Source: Eubacteriales bacterium
GTDB lineage: Bacteria > Bacillota > Clostridia > Oscillospirales > CAG-272
Reading direction: 5' to 3'
Assembly: GCA_045613705.1 (NCBI GenBank)
Contig: JAZLBM010000081.1
Coordinates: forward strand, 1-35,707
Length of the DNA stretch: 35,707 nt
Each line of letters begins with the position of its first letter. Positions within the stretch are counted from its first letter, which is position 1. The translations under genes and the position numbers were made by a program. The notes below the pieces were generated by a model. The model ran no database searches. It had not been told where the DNA came from and worked only from the letters and a program-made list of their open reading frames with translations. This document shows, piece by piece, positions 6,110 to 14,330 of the stretch.

Positions 6110-7588
6110 TCAATCCCCCCAAAAATAGATTTCCACCCGCTCCTCTGGCTTATTATACACGATCTTTTCCACGACCGTCCGCAAAGCCTCGTTCTTGGCC
6201 TCTGGCGCGACTCCATCGTCGGTGATGATCTCCAGCACCCCCGCCACCTTTGCGGCGTAGGCGGCTTTGTCGAGGCTCTGCGGGGCGTTGTCGCGCTCTC
6301 TCATGGCGGTAAGCTCTCCGATCTTGCTTGTGATCTCCTCCTTGGCGGCGGCGTACTGCTCAATGGTATCCACGCCCGCAAGGTAAGCATCTTTAGCACG
6401 CTCCATGCGCCGCTCCTCCAAGGCGATCAGCTTGTCGTAGTCCACTCCCTTGCGCTCGGTCTGCTGGGGCTTGCGGGGGGTGACAGCAAAGGTCTGGGAG
6501 CCGACCGCTTGACGCAGACCGTCTATCACGGCGGCATCGATCCTCGGAACGGTGATGCCGTGGGAGACGTGGCAAGAGCCGATGTTATAAGCGCAACATT
6601 GCAAGCAGCGCGCCTTATTTTTCCCGGACTTAAACCCCGTTCTGGTGAGCGCACCGCCGCAAGCACTGCACCGCACAAGGCCTTTGAGCATATACCCAAC
6701 GGACTGATCTTGCCGCTCATAGGCGCGGTAGGTCTTTTTTTGTTGGGCAAGCCGCGCCTGTACCCGCTCCCATAGTTCGGTGTCGATCAACGGTTCGTGG
6801 CTACCCTGCACGGTCATGATGCTTTCGTTATCGTATTTGAGACGAGTTACGGCGCGGGTGCCGTCGGTGCTCCAGCGGATCTTCCCTATGAAGCACGAAT
6901 TATTAAGGGTGTACATTACCCATCTCTTGTCGGGCTTGTTCCCCGCCTTTGTCCTAACCCCCCTCTCGCCGAGAGCTACGGCAATCTCCCGCGTACTATT
7001 GCCGTCGGCGTACCTCCTGAAGATCTCCCGTACTACATCCGCCGCGCCGCTCTCCTCGTCGGGGTAGTAGCGACCGTCCCGCATCACATAGCCAAAAGGG
7101 GGAGCGCAAATCGGCTCCCCTCTGCTTGCTTTTTCGGTCATGCCGCGCCGCACCTCGGTGGATAGGTTTGTAAGGTAAAACTCATCCATCCACTCGATGA
7201 TACGCTCGATAAGATCGCCGTAGACACCATCCGGCAACGGCTCGGAGACGGACACAACGGCCACGTCATGCTTGCGGAGTAGGTTCTTATAAACCAAGGA
7301 TTCCTCTTGATTTCGCGCGAATCGGGAGAATTTCCACACGTAGATCTTATCAAACGGGTGGTTTTTCTCCTTGGCAACGGCGATCATCAAGTTAAACTCC
7401 CCGCGCTTGCGGGTGGACTTTCCCGAGATGCCGTCATCGTAGAACACATAGTCATCGGGTATCTGGTATCCCTCTTTAGCGGCGTACTCGCGTATCTTTT
7501 TGAGCTGGCTGTCGGGGCTGTACTCGTCCTGTCTCTCATCGCTGACGCGGATATATGCCGCGCCGATCCTTAATAACGGCTCTGCCAT
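6110..7588 (-). CDS. int: Large serine recombinase (phage integrase)
   Basis: AAYIRVS catalytic motif, DDGISG, SRFARN, recombinase domain (PFGY, HEPLID), Zn-ribbon CSACG, coiled coil. Confidence 0.95.
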   Translation of the reverse strand: MAEPLLRIGAAYIRVSDERQDEYSPDSQLKKIREYAAKEGYQIPDDYVFYDDGISGKSTRKRGEFNLMIAVAKEKNHPFDKIYVWKFSRFARNQEESLVYKNLLRKHDVAVVSVSEPLPDGVYGDLIERIIEWMDEFYLTNLSTEVRRGMTEKASRGEPICAPPFGYVMRDGRYYPDEESGAADVVREIFRRYADGNSTREIAVALGERGVRTKAGNKPDKRWVMYTLNNSCFIGKIRWSTDGTRAVTRLKYDNESIMTVQGSHEPLIDTELWERVQARLAQQKKTYRAYERQDQSVGYMLKGLVRCSACGGALTRTGFKSGKNKARCLQCCAYNIGSCHVSHGITVPRIDAAVIDGLRQAVGSQTFAVTPRKPQQTERKGVDYDKLIALEERRMERAKDAYLAGVDTIEQYAAAKEEITSKIGELTAMRERDNAPQSLDKAAYAAKVAGVLEIITDDGVAPEAKNEALRTVVEKIVYNKPEERVEIYFWGD

Positions 7589-8001
7589 TACTCGCCCCTC
7601 TTGATGATGCCCATGTAGTAGTTATGGACGGCGAGAAGCTCATCCTTGTGGTTGAGCTTTAGATTGAGTAGCTCCACCTCTGCCGTCAGAGCGGCAACCT
7701 TGTCGCGCAGGATTTTGTTTTCTGCGGCGATCAGCTCACCCTCGGCCTCTGCTGCCCTCGCGGTCTCCTTGACTTCTACGAGGCTCTCTGTCGCAAGCAC
7801 CGCGTTCGTATCGGCCAGCACATGGTCAAGGGATCCGCCGAGGCAAATCACGATTTGACGGATAGTCGAAATGCGAGGATCATCCGTACTACCGCCAAAA
7901 ATGCGCTTGATGGTAGATTCGGGTATTTTTGTCTCCTCGGCGATCTGCGCGGACGTTTTGCCGGACTTCTTTTTGAGCTCTTTGAGATTGTCTATCCACA
8001 T
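7588..8001 (-). CDS. XRE-family HTH regulator with C-terminal leucine zipper
   Basis: LKELKKKSGKTSAQIAEETKIPESTIKRIF HTH; GAGGT RBS before ATG 8001; TAATG coupling to the integrase. Confidence 0.85.
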   Translation of the reverse strand: MWIDNLKELKKKSGKTSAQIAEETKIPESTIKRIFGGSTDDPRISTIRQIVICLGGSLDHVLADTNAVLATESLVEVKETARAAEAEGELIAAENKILRDKVAALTAEVELLNLKLNHKDELLAVHNYYMGIIKRGE

Positions 8002-8098
8002 AATTGATACCTCGCTTAATGTATTTTGGTGCATAAATATGCAAAATCTGTACTTTTCGGGGGTTAAAATTGGTATAGCCGAACGATAAACTTGGGTA

Positions 8099-8127
8099 TT
8101 GCATTTTTACCGTGGCGGTCGTATAAT
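8099..8127 (+). promoter_or_regulatory. sigma-A promoter for the 8181 ORF
   Basis: TTGCAT-N17-TATAAT. Confidence 0.65.
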
Positions 8128-8180
8128 GTTATCAACACAAAACCCCACAGCATGTGGGCAACAGCGAAGGAGAAACCGCC

Positions 8181-8348
8181 ATGACCGAGAGAAACACAGA
8201 CAACAGGAGCCGCGCGGAGCTGATGGATATGCTTCGGGATGCCGCCCGAAACGGATTCCTCACAACCGCTGATTTATACGAGCTGGCAGAATATGCCCGC
8301 CGACTCAAACGGGAGAGCGATGGGACTCCCGAGGCCGAAACAGCCTGA
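8181..8348 (+). CDS. 55-aa protein, candidate anti-repressor
   Basis: GAAGGAG RBS, own promoter and terminator; helix resembles the C-terminus of the 9124-9498 repressor. Confidence 0.65.
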   Translation: MTERNTDNRSRAELMDMLRDAARNGFLTTADLYELAEYARRLKRESDGTPEAETA

Positions 8349-8371
8349 ATCTCCCTCGGTACTCGTTTGCT

Positions 8372-8404
8372 ACCCCCCGCCGCTGGTTACGGCAGGGGGT
8401 TTTT
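8372..8404 (+). terminator. Rho-independent terminator
   Basis: ACCCCCCGCCG / CGGCAGGGGGT stem followed by TTTT. Confidence 0.7.
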
Positions 8405-8416
8405 ATTAAATTTCTA

Positions 8417-8445
8417 TTGACAAAATGCGAAAGGTCTGGTATACT
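8417..8445 (+). promoter_or_regulatory. sigma-A promoter of the type I toxin mRNA
   Basis: TTGACA-N17-TATACT with TG extension. Confidence 0.8.
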
Positions 8446-8566
8446 GGTTCTCGGATCCGCAAGGATCCCGTAGGAGTTGCCAGTACGGCGGCGGCCGCTT
8501 CCTCTTTTTGAGGAAGTCGAAATCTTTTCCCTTCCTCAATGCTTTGCAAAGAGGGAGGTGATATAC

Positions 8567-8656
8567 ATGTTTGTGACTTGGGAGACTCTTCTCCTGTTTT
8601 GCGCGCTGATTGTAGCGATCATTGGTCTAATCGTGGATATATACAGAAAAAGATAA
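8567..8656 (+). CDS. Type I toxin-like hydrophobic peptide (29 aa)
   Basis: GGGAGGTG RBS; MFVTWETLLLFCALIVAIIGLIVDIYRKR is one TM helix with a basic tail; absent from the ORF track. Confidence 0.8.
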   Translation: MFVTWETLLLFCALIVAIIGLIVDIYRKR

Positions 8657-8729
8657 CCGCCCGTCGCCCAACAGTGCGGTTATCTTTAACCAAATCTTAA
8701 GGAAGTGACCGTTGCCGGTAGCTCCTACG
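8645..8729 (-). ncRNA. Antisense antitoxin RNA (type I TA), approximate ends
   Basis: Minus-strand TTGACA(8763-8758)-N17-TATCAT(8740-8735) with TG; ends at hairpin AAAGATAACCGC/GCGGTTATCTTT plus U-tract over the toxin stop. Confidence 0.7.
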
Positions 8730-8781
8730 CCCTTATGATACCACAATCTCGGCTATTTGTCAATACTATTCGGAAAACTTT

Positions 8782-8812
8782 TGCACTCCTTTTGGGGTGC
8801 TTTTTTATTTTT
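8782..8812 (+). terminator. Terminator of the toxin mRNA
   Basis: GCACTCC-TTTT-GGGGTGC followed by TTTTTTATTTTTT. Confidence 0.7.
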
Positions 8813-9099
8813 TAATAATGAAGTTTTAGCGCCCGAATCCCACAAGGCGGCTCTATAGGCTCATGGTCGCCCAGGGATTCCGTAGAAACGCCGAGATGGT
8901 CTGATATGCGCCGTTGTAGTTCCACGGCGGGAAACGCGCCGTAGCGGAACTCTGTGAGGCACGTGGGCGGCAGATCCAGCGCGGCGGCTACCTCCTCGGG
9001 GGTAGTGCCCTTATCGGCGCAGAGGCGGGTGAAGATATCCCAGAAGCTCATAGAAAAGCCCTGTCCAGCTCGCGGAGGTGCTTGCGGTTTTTCAGCCAT
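8812..9099 (-). CDS. XRE-like HTH protein, paralogue of the repressor N-terminus (start may be 9051)
   Basis: FWDIFTRLCADKGTTPEEVAAALD...RRISDHLGVSTESL resembles FYKRLVALCAEKNTNPTALCDALG...RKIADYFGVSVSYL. Confidence 0.7.
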   Translation of the reverse strand: MAEKPQAPPRAGQGFSMSFWDIFTRLCADKGTTPEEVAAALDLPPTCLTEFRYGAFPAVELQRRISDHLGVSTESLGDHEPIEPPCGIRALKLHY

Positions 9100-9123
9100 C
9101 GAATCAATCTTTTCATGTTGCCC

Positions 9124-9498
9124 TCATTTCTTACTTATAAGATATTCTGCGTACTTCCGTAGCTCCTCCACCTGCTCCTCCGTGAGCTGATCCACAAGAC
9201 CACCGAGAGCCGCCAAGGCTTCAAGCTGTTGACCCAGCTCCTCTACCAACGGTAGGAGGGGCGGGTCTTTTTTACTGGGATCCACAAGAGCGATGGGGTC
9301 GGGATCGTCTACCGCGCCTATCAGATAGGACACGGACACGCCGAAGTAATCAGCGATCTTGCGGAGGGTGGTGTCGCGGGGGACGGATCCTTGCTTCCAC
9401 CTTGTAGCGGCTGATTGTGCAAAGCCAAGTGCATCGCACAGGGCTGTTGGATTGGTGTTTTTTTCTGCGCAAAGCGCAACAAGTCTTTTGTAAAACAT
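9124..9498 (-). CDS. cI: CI-like XRE repressor without an S24 peptidase domain
   Basis: HTH with KIADYFGVSVSYL; divergent from the cro-like gene; AGAAAGGT RBS before ATG 9498. Confidence 0.85.
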   Translation of the reverse strand: MFYKRLVALCAEKNTNPTALCDALGFAQSAATRWKQGSVPRDTTLRKIADYFGVSVSYLIGAVDDPDPIALVDPSKKDPPLLPLVEELGQQLEALAALGGLVDQLTEEQVEELRKYAEYLISKK

Positions 9499-9589
9499 TA
9501 TTTTATACCTTTCTTTAGTCAAAAATGCACAGTCTTCACAAACTTGATTTGTGCAAACAAACGATTGTTAAGAAAATCAAGAAAACTAC

Positions 9590-9618
9590 TTGACTTTGTG
9601 AAGTTTGTGTAGTATAAT
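9590..9618 (+). promoter_or_regulatory. Rightward (lytic) promoter with TTTGTG operator-like repeats in the spacer
   Basis: TTGACT-N17-TATAAT; TTTGTGAAG/TTTGTGTAG in the spacer, inverted copy CTTCACAAA at 9534-9542. Confidence 0.75.
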
Positions 9619-9753
9619 AACATCACACCACCCGAAAGGCTCTCGCCCAGCCTCCGAGTGAAGAACGGTTTCCATTTGTGTCAAATTCTTCTCCCCCGCT
9701 ATCACAGGCGGGGGAAAGGAAACGGGCACAATTAACCAAGTTAATCCGAAACC

Positions 9754-9783
9754 ATTATAGCACACGGAAAGGGTGATTGTCAA
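9754..9783 (-). promoter_or_regulatory. Leftward promoter facing the rightward promoter
   Basis: Minus-strand TTGACA-N18-TATAAT with TG extension. Confidence 0.7.
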
Positions 9784-9808
9784 GATGTTTTGACCGAAAG
9801 GAGGAAAA

Positions 9809-10006
9809 ATGTTAGATAACGCAAAGCTAAAAGAGCTTATGGAGTCCCGATCCGTTACCCAGAAGGAGCTGGCCGACGTGGCGGGAGTCTCCGAGGCCGG
9901 AATGAGCTATTTTGTGCGGGGAGTCAAGCAGCCCTCCCTCGCCGTAGCCAAGAGAATCGCCGACAAGCTCGGCGTGACCGTTGACGAGCTGCTGACCGAA
10001 AATTAA
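9809..10006 (+). CDS. cro: Cro-like XRE regulator
   Basis: VTQKELADVAGVSEAGMSYFVRGVKQPS...IADKLGVTVDELL; AGGAGG RBS. Confidence 0.85.
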   Translation: MLDNAKLKELMESRSVTQKELADVAGVSEAGMSYFVRGVKQPSLAVAKRIADKLGVTVDELLTEN

Positions 10007-10029
10007 TAGAAAAAAAGGAGAACTACACA

Positions 10030-10305
10030 ATGGAAACCAATTATAACGGCATGGACTACGACAAGCTCCGCACCAACATCGAAATGCTCACCAACGCGAG
10101 AGGCCTGTACCCCGTGGACGTGGCCGCCATGCTCGGCATCAGCAAAGAAATCTACCGCGGCAAGCGCAAGTGTCCTTGGACGTTCAAGATCGACGAGCTG
10201 GATAAGCTGGCAAAGATCTTCGGCGTGGATCTGCCGACGCTTATGTTTGGATCCTGCTATCTGGCTACCAAGCACAGCAGACAGAGACTCAATATTTGTT
10301 TCTAA
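10030..10305 (+). CDS. XRE-like HTH protein
   Basis: DVAAMLGIS...FKIDELDKLAKIFGV. Confidence 0.75.
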   Translation: METNYNGMDYDKLRTNIEMLTNARGLYPVDVAAMLGISKEIYRGKRKCPWTFKIDELDKLAKIFGVDLPTLMFGSCYLATKHSRQRLNICF

Positions 10306-10336
10306 CTTCCAGAAAACAGAAAAAGGAGAAAGAAAT

Positions 10337-10993
10337 ATGAACTATACACTTGAAGAACTTAGAAAGATGATGGACGCGAACGGCGGCTACCTCGACCTTC
10401 GCGGCACAGCCATCACGGCACTCCCCGACGGCCTCACGGTTGGCGGCTACCTCGACCTTGAGGGTTGCACAGCCATCACGGCACTCCCCGACGGCCTCGC
10501 GGTTGGCGGCTACCTCTACCTTCGCGGCACAGCCATCACGGACACCTCAAAAGTCAACAGAAAATTCCCCGATGTGATTTACAAGGAAGGAAAGTTCATC
10601 TTCTGCGATGGGATCCTCACCCACATCAAAAAAGAAAGAAAGTTCGGGAAATTCACCTTCTTTTACGGAAAAATCAAGGGTAAAAACGTTATTTTCGACG
10701 GCGAAAACTACGCCCATTGTAAAGAATTCAAGTCTGGCGTGATCGACCTCGAATTTAAGGCGGCGAAGAACAGAGGCTCGGAGCAGTACGAGGGTCTCAC
10801 TCTTGACAGCGTTGTAAAATATGAGGATGCTATCGTCATGTACCGCGTCATCACGGGAGCTTGTCAGCAGGGGACGCAGAGCTTTCTTGATAGCCTACGG
10901 GAAATCAAGCAGGAATATACGGTACGCGAAATTATCGAGCTGACCAAAGGTCATTACGGAAGCAGTGTTTTCTCGGATTTTTTTAAATCGTAA
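10337..10993 (+). CDS. Phage protein with short LRR-like GGxLDLxGTxITxLPDGL repeats
   Basis: AAGGAG RBS before ATG 10337; about 2.6 repeats; C-terminal YRVITGAC motif. Confidence 0.8.
   Translation: MNYTLEELRKMMDANGGYLDLRGTAITALPDGLTVGGYLDLEGCTAITALPDGLAVGGYLYLRGTAITDTSKVNRKFPDVIYKEGKFIFCDGILTHIKKERKFGKFTFFYGKIKGKNVIFDGENYAHCKEFKSGVIDLEFKAAKNRGSEQYEGLTLDSVVKYEDAIVMYRVITGACQQGTQSFLDSLREIKQEYTVREIIELTKGHYGSSVFSDFFKS
10382..10541 (+). repeat. Tandem 60-63 bp coding repeats
   Basis: GGCGGCTACCTC(G/T)ACCTT...ACAGCCATCACGG starts at 10382, 10442 and 10505. Confidence 0.9.
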
Positions 10994-11049
10994 TACAGCG
11001 CAACAACCCCGAATAGGATGGGCACAAGAACTTGAAAGGAGATAAGAGC

Positions 11050-11226
11050 ATGGCAAGAGGAAAGCCGTTAACCGTTGTTCTGTACTATAAAGGCGAGCAG
11101 GTCGAGACCCTGCCCCAAGAGGCGCGTGATCGTATATCCGAGCGGTTGACGGAGGTCATGTCTACATATTATACCGCCCATCCCGAGGAGTACCGGGCAG
11201 TTAAATCGGTTAAAAAGGAGGAGTAA
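11050..11226 (+). CDS. Hypothetical early protein
   Basis: AAAGGAG RBS, 58 aa, in operon. Confidence 0.65.
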   Translation: MARGKPLTVVLYYKGEQVETLPQEARDRISERLTEVMSTYYTAHPEEYRAVKSVKKEE

Positions 11227-11227
11227 T

Positions 11228-11542
11228 ATGCAGATTATCAAAGCGGCCAGAAATCGGCCGAAGCCGTCCTTCCACCGGGTGAGCCGAGAAGTTAAGCACC
11301 TATACAAGGTAGGAGATCGCGTAGTTTATAACGCCGTCGGCTACGGAAACACGGATCTCAACGGCAAGGTCGGCACGATCATTTACGTGGATAATACCGG
11401 GGCGCCGTATACCGTGCAGTTCGACGATTGGAACGATATTCACAACGGTGTCCACGATCTGAGGGCAGAAAAGGGCGGCATCAAGTACCCGCCGTTCTCG
11501 CAGTGGTTCTGCAAAGAAGAGAACCTTAAAAAAATCAAATAA
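11228..11542 (+). CDS. Hypothetical protein with SH3/KOW-like fold (YKVGDRV)
   Basis: YKVGDRVV...GKVGTIIYVD...YTVQFD...W; GGAGGAG RBS. Confidence 0.7.
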   Translation: MQIIKAARNRPKPSFHRVSREVKHLYKVGDRVVYNAVGYGNTDLNGKVGTIIYVDNTGAPYTVQFDDWNDIHNGVHDLRAEKGGIKYPPFSQWFCKEENLKKIK

Positions 11543-11558
11543 AAAGGAGAAAAAAGAC

Positions 11559-11687
11559 ATGAATAAGCTGTGGCAGAAGATCAAGGAGTGGTTTGTTTGG
11601 CTTACGTCCAAGAGAGTGATGGAGGCCATCAACAGCGGAGCGACCTATGAGGAGGTCTGCGAGGTAGTCAAGGAGGACATGAGATGA
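11559..11687 (+). CDS. 42-aa hypothetical protein
   Basis: AAGGAG RBS; MNKLWQKIKEWFVWL...; ATGA overlap with the next gene; below the ORF-track cutoff. Confidence 0.65.
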   Translation: MNKLWQKIKEWFVWLTSKRVMEAINSGATYEEVCEVVKEDMR

Positions 11688-12130
11688 GGGCTAATACCAG
11701 AGGCCGGATTGCGGAGTCCAACAAGCCCCGCGTTACGATGATGCGGTACAACATCAGGGCTCAGGCGCAAGCCGAGGTGCAGAAGTTAGTCGAGGAAGAG
11801 AACGCCCAGAGAGCGAAGGAGTACGAAGCGTACGCGAGAACCATCGACGAGACAATCCTGCTGGCTCTCCACACCTTCCCTAAGACCAGGTTCGGCAAGA
11901 AGCGAATCAGGGAATTCTGGGAGCATATGTACAAGCTCCGCCTTGATGCCCGTATCTTTTTCCGCGACGGAACCGTTGCATACCGGGAGCAGCCGACCGG
12001 GCAGAACATCGAGGACTACGGAATCCGCGCCGAGCTGGAAAAGATCGGCATCAACATGGACGAGTGGCTGGTGGAGCAGGTCGAGCTGACCGACGAACAG
12101 ATCGCGGCCTTGACAGGAGGCCGCAAATGA
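11684..12130 (+). CDS. Hypothetical phage protein (FGKKRI motif)
   Basis: AGGAGG RBS; LLALH...FGKKRIREF. Confidence 0.75.
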   Translation: MRANTRGRIAESNKPRVTMMRYNIRAQAQAEVQKLVEEENAQRAKEYEAYARTIDETILLALHTFPKTRFGKKRIREFWEHMYKLRLDARIFFRDGTVAYREQPTGQNIEDYGIRAELEKIGINMDEWLVEQVELTDEQIAALTGGRK

Positions 12131-12453
12131 CACGAGCTGACGTGATCCTCATGATCCAATTTAACGCCCTCATCATCTACCGTACCGCAGACGGCCATGA
12201 GCATCACGGATATGTGATCGGGGACTCTTATTCACGCTTCAACGGCAAGAACACCTACACCATATCCGTTCGGGATCCCCACGCCTACTCCGTATCGGGG
12301 TGCTATCTGGATGAGATAGTGCGGGTGGTGGATTGGCATATCCCGGAGGAATACGCGGATAAGGCGGAGGAGGTAGTCAGACAGCAGATCATCAATACTT
12401 ACTTTAAGGATGGACTTCCCACCTTGACATACCAAAAGGAGGACATAGCATGA
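12127..12453 (+). CDS. Hypothetical protein
   Basis: AGGAGG RBS, ATGA overlaps on both sides. Confidence 0.7.
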   Translation: MTRADVILMIQFNALIIYRTADGHEHHGYVIGDSYSRFNGKNTYTISVRDPHAYSVSGCYLDEIVRVVDWHIPEEYADKAEEVVRQQIINTYFKDGLPTLTYQKEDIA

Positions 12454-12911
12454 CGCTTTATGAGATCGACAGACGGATCGAGGATCTGATCGACCCCGAG
12501 ACGGGCGAGATCACCGACTACGCCGCGCTGGATGCGCTGTCCATGGCGCGAGAGGACAAGATCCGGCAGATCGTCTACGCCCGCCGAAACGCCCTTGCAG
12601 ATCTGAACGCCGTCAGCGCGGAGATCGCCCGATTGAAGAAAATCGAGGAGACCCTCGGCAATCGCGTGGAGTCCATCGACGGATATCTCAAATACGCCCT
12701 GAACGGCGAGAAGTACAAGGACGAGACCACGACCATCTACTACCGCAAGACCGCCGCCGTGGTGGTCGCTGAGGACGCTGTAGTGCCCGAGGAGTTCTTG
12801 CGGTACGGGAAGCCCACCGTCAACAAAACGGCTCTTGGCGAGGCCATACGGGGCGGTATGGTCATCCCCGGCGTGAGCATCGAGGAACGAAACAACATCA
12901 TCATCAAGTAA
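12450..12911 (+). CDS. Siphovirus Gp157-family protein
   Basis: MTLYEID...DPETGEI; C-terminal VPEEFLR...NKTALGEAIRGG.VIPG. Confidence 0.85.
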   Translation: MTLYEIDRRIEDLIDPETGEITDYAALDALSMAREDKIRQIVYARRNALADLNAVSAEIARLKKIEETLGNRVESIDGYLKYALNGEKYKDETTTIYYRKTAAVVVAEDAVVPEEFLRYGKPTVNKTALGEAIRGGMVIPGVSIEERNNIIIK

Positions 12912-12932
12912 AACAAGAAAAAGGAGAATCCT

Positions 12933-13577
12933 ATGGCACAAGTAATCGCAGTAATGGGCGACAGCGGCGCGGGAAAAACTACGTCCCTCCGCAACCTCAA
13001 TCCCGAGACAACCTACATCATCGACGCGGACAAGAAGGGCTTGCCGTGGCGCGGATGGCGCACCCAGTACAACGCCGAAAGAAAGAACTACTACAAGTGC
13101 GACAACGCCGCCGACATCCAGTATATCTTGCAGGGCATCAACGAGAAGCGCCCCGACATCAAAGTGGTGGTGGTGGACACCATCAACGGCATCATGGTGG
13201 CAGACGAGATGCGCAGGAGCCGCGAAAAGGGCTATGACAAGTGGCTGGATCTTGCGACCGCCGTCTACTATCTGGTTGACAACGCGCTTTACTTCCGAGA
13301 CGACTTGACCGTCGTTTTCATTGCCCACACCCAGACAGACCGCGAGGAGGACGGCTACCGCATGACCCGCATTAAGACCTCCGGCAAGAAGATCGACAAG
13401 ATCGTGCTGGAGAGCAAGTTCCCCGTGGTGCTGCTGGCCAAGGTAGTGGACGGTCAGCACGTCTTTGAGACTCGCGCCAACAATTCCACCGCCAAGACTC
13501 CAATGGGAGCCTTTGAGACTGACACCATCCCCAACGACCTCGCAGAGGTTATCAAGACCCTTGAAGATTACAGATAA
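12933..13577 (+). CDS. AAA_24 / Sak4-like recombination ATPase
   Basis: Walker A GDSGAGKT, Walker B VVVVD, IAH motif, AKTP; context Gp157-ATPase-SSB. Confidence 0.85.
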   Translation: MAQVIAVMGDSGAGKTTSLRNLNPETTYIIDADKKGLPWRGWRTQYNAERKNYYKCDNAADIQYILQGINEKRPDIKVVVVDTINGIMVADEMRRSREKGYDKWLDLATAVYYLVDNALYFRDDLTVVFIAHTQTDREEDGYRMTRIKTSGKKIDKIVLESKFPVVLLAKVVDGQHVFETRANNSTAKTPMGAFETDTIPNDLAEVIKTLEDYR

Positions 13578-13600
13578 ACATAAAAAAGGAGAATAAAATA

Positions 13601-14296
13601 ATGCTTAACAAACCCACAGATTTTGAGGCCGCACAGGCCTACGGAGAGTTCCCCCCCATAGCCGTCGGCGGCCACATCATGCGCATTATGGGCGTGGAGG
13701 TAGTCACCTCCAGCACCGGCAAGGAGATGCTGAAGATCTCTCTCGACACCGCCTCCGACGATTCCCAGCCCGCCTACTTTGCCGCGAAGTACCGCGCAGA
13801 TACACGAACCGACAAGAAGTGGGGATGTGTGATGTATCAGCTGGTCTACGACGATCAGGGCGCAACCAATCGCGGATTCAAAACGTTCATCACATCGGCA
13901 GAGGAATCCAACCCCGGATTTAAGGTAGCATGGGGCGCGGCATTTGAGTCGTGTCTGAAGGACAAGCGTGTGGGCGCGATCTTCCGCGAGGAGGAGTACG
14001 AAAAGACCAACGGCACCATCGGCAAGAGCACCAAGCCCTTTGCGTTCCGGTCCGTGGCCACCATCAAGGAGGGCGTGGAGATCCCCGAACCCAAGCTGCT
14101 GAACAAGCCCACGGGTGGCGGTATGCCGCAAAGCTCCTACGGTAACGGAGGGTACAAGCCCAGACAGACCGCATCGCCGTCGGTGGCGGACGTAGTCGGC
14201 AACAATCCGTTCTTTCCTCCCGCCGCCGAATCTCCCGCACAGCCTCAGCAGTTCGGCTTTGAGGCCGTCGGATATGGAGACGATCTCCCCTTCTGA
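13601..14296 (+). CDS. Single-stranded DNA-binding protein (DUF669-like)
   Basis: SSTGKEMLKI, REEEY motifs; low-complexity linker; acidic DDLPF tip. Confidence 0.75.
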   Translation: MLNKPTDFEAAQAYGEFPPIAVGGHIMRIMGVEVVTSSTGKEMLKISLDTASDDSQPAYFAAKYRADTRTDKKWGCVMYQLVYDDQGATNRGFKTFITSAEESNPGFKVAWGAAFESCLKDKRVGAIFREEEYEKTNGTIGKSTKPFAFRSVATIKEGVEIPEPKLLNKPTGGGMPQSSYGNGGYKPRQTASPSVADVVGNNPFFPPAAESPAQPQQFGFEAVGYGDDLPF

Positions 14297-14330
14297 TCGC
14301 TTCTGAACCCTTCGGAGAGGAGGCGAGCGT

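Noticed and set aside
9586-9783. 65-aa minus-strand ORF in the switch region
   Set aside because: Its TTG start is the -35 hexamer of the leftward promoter; no RBS.
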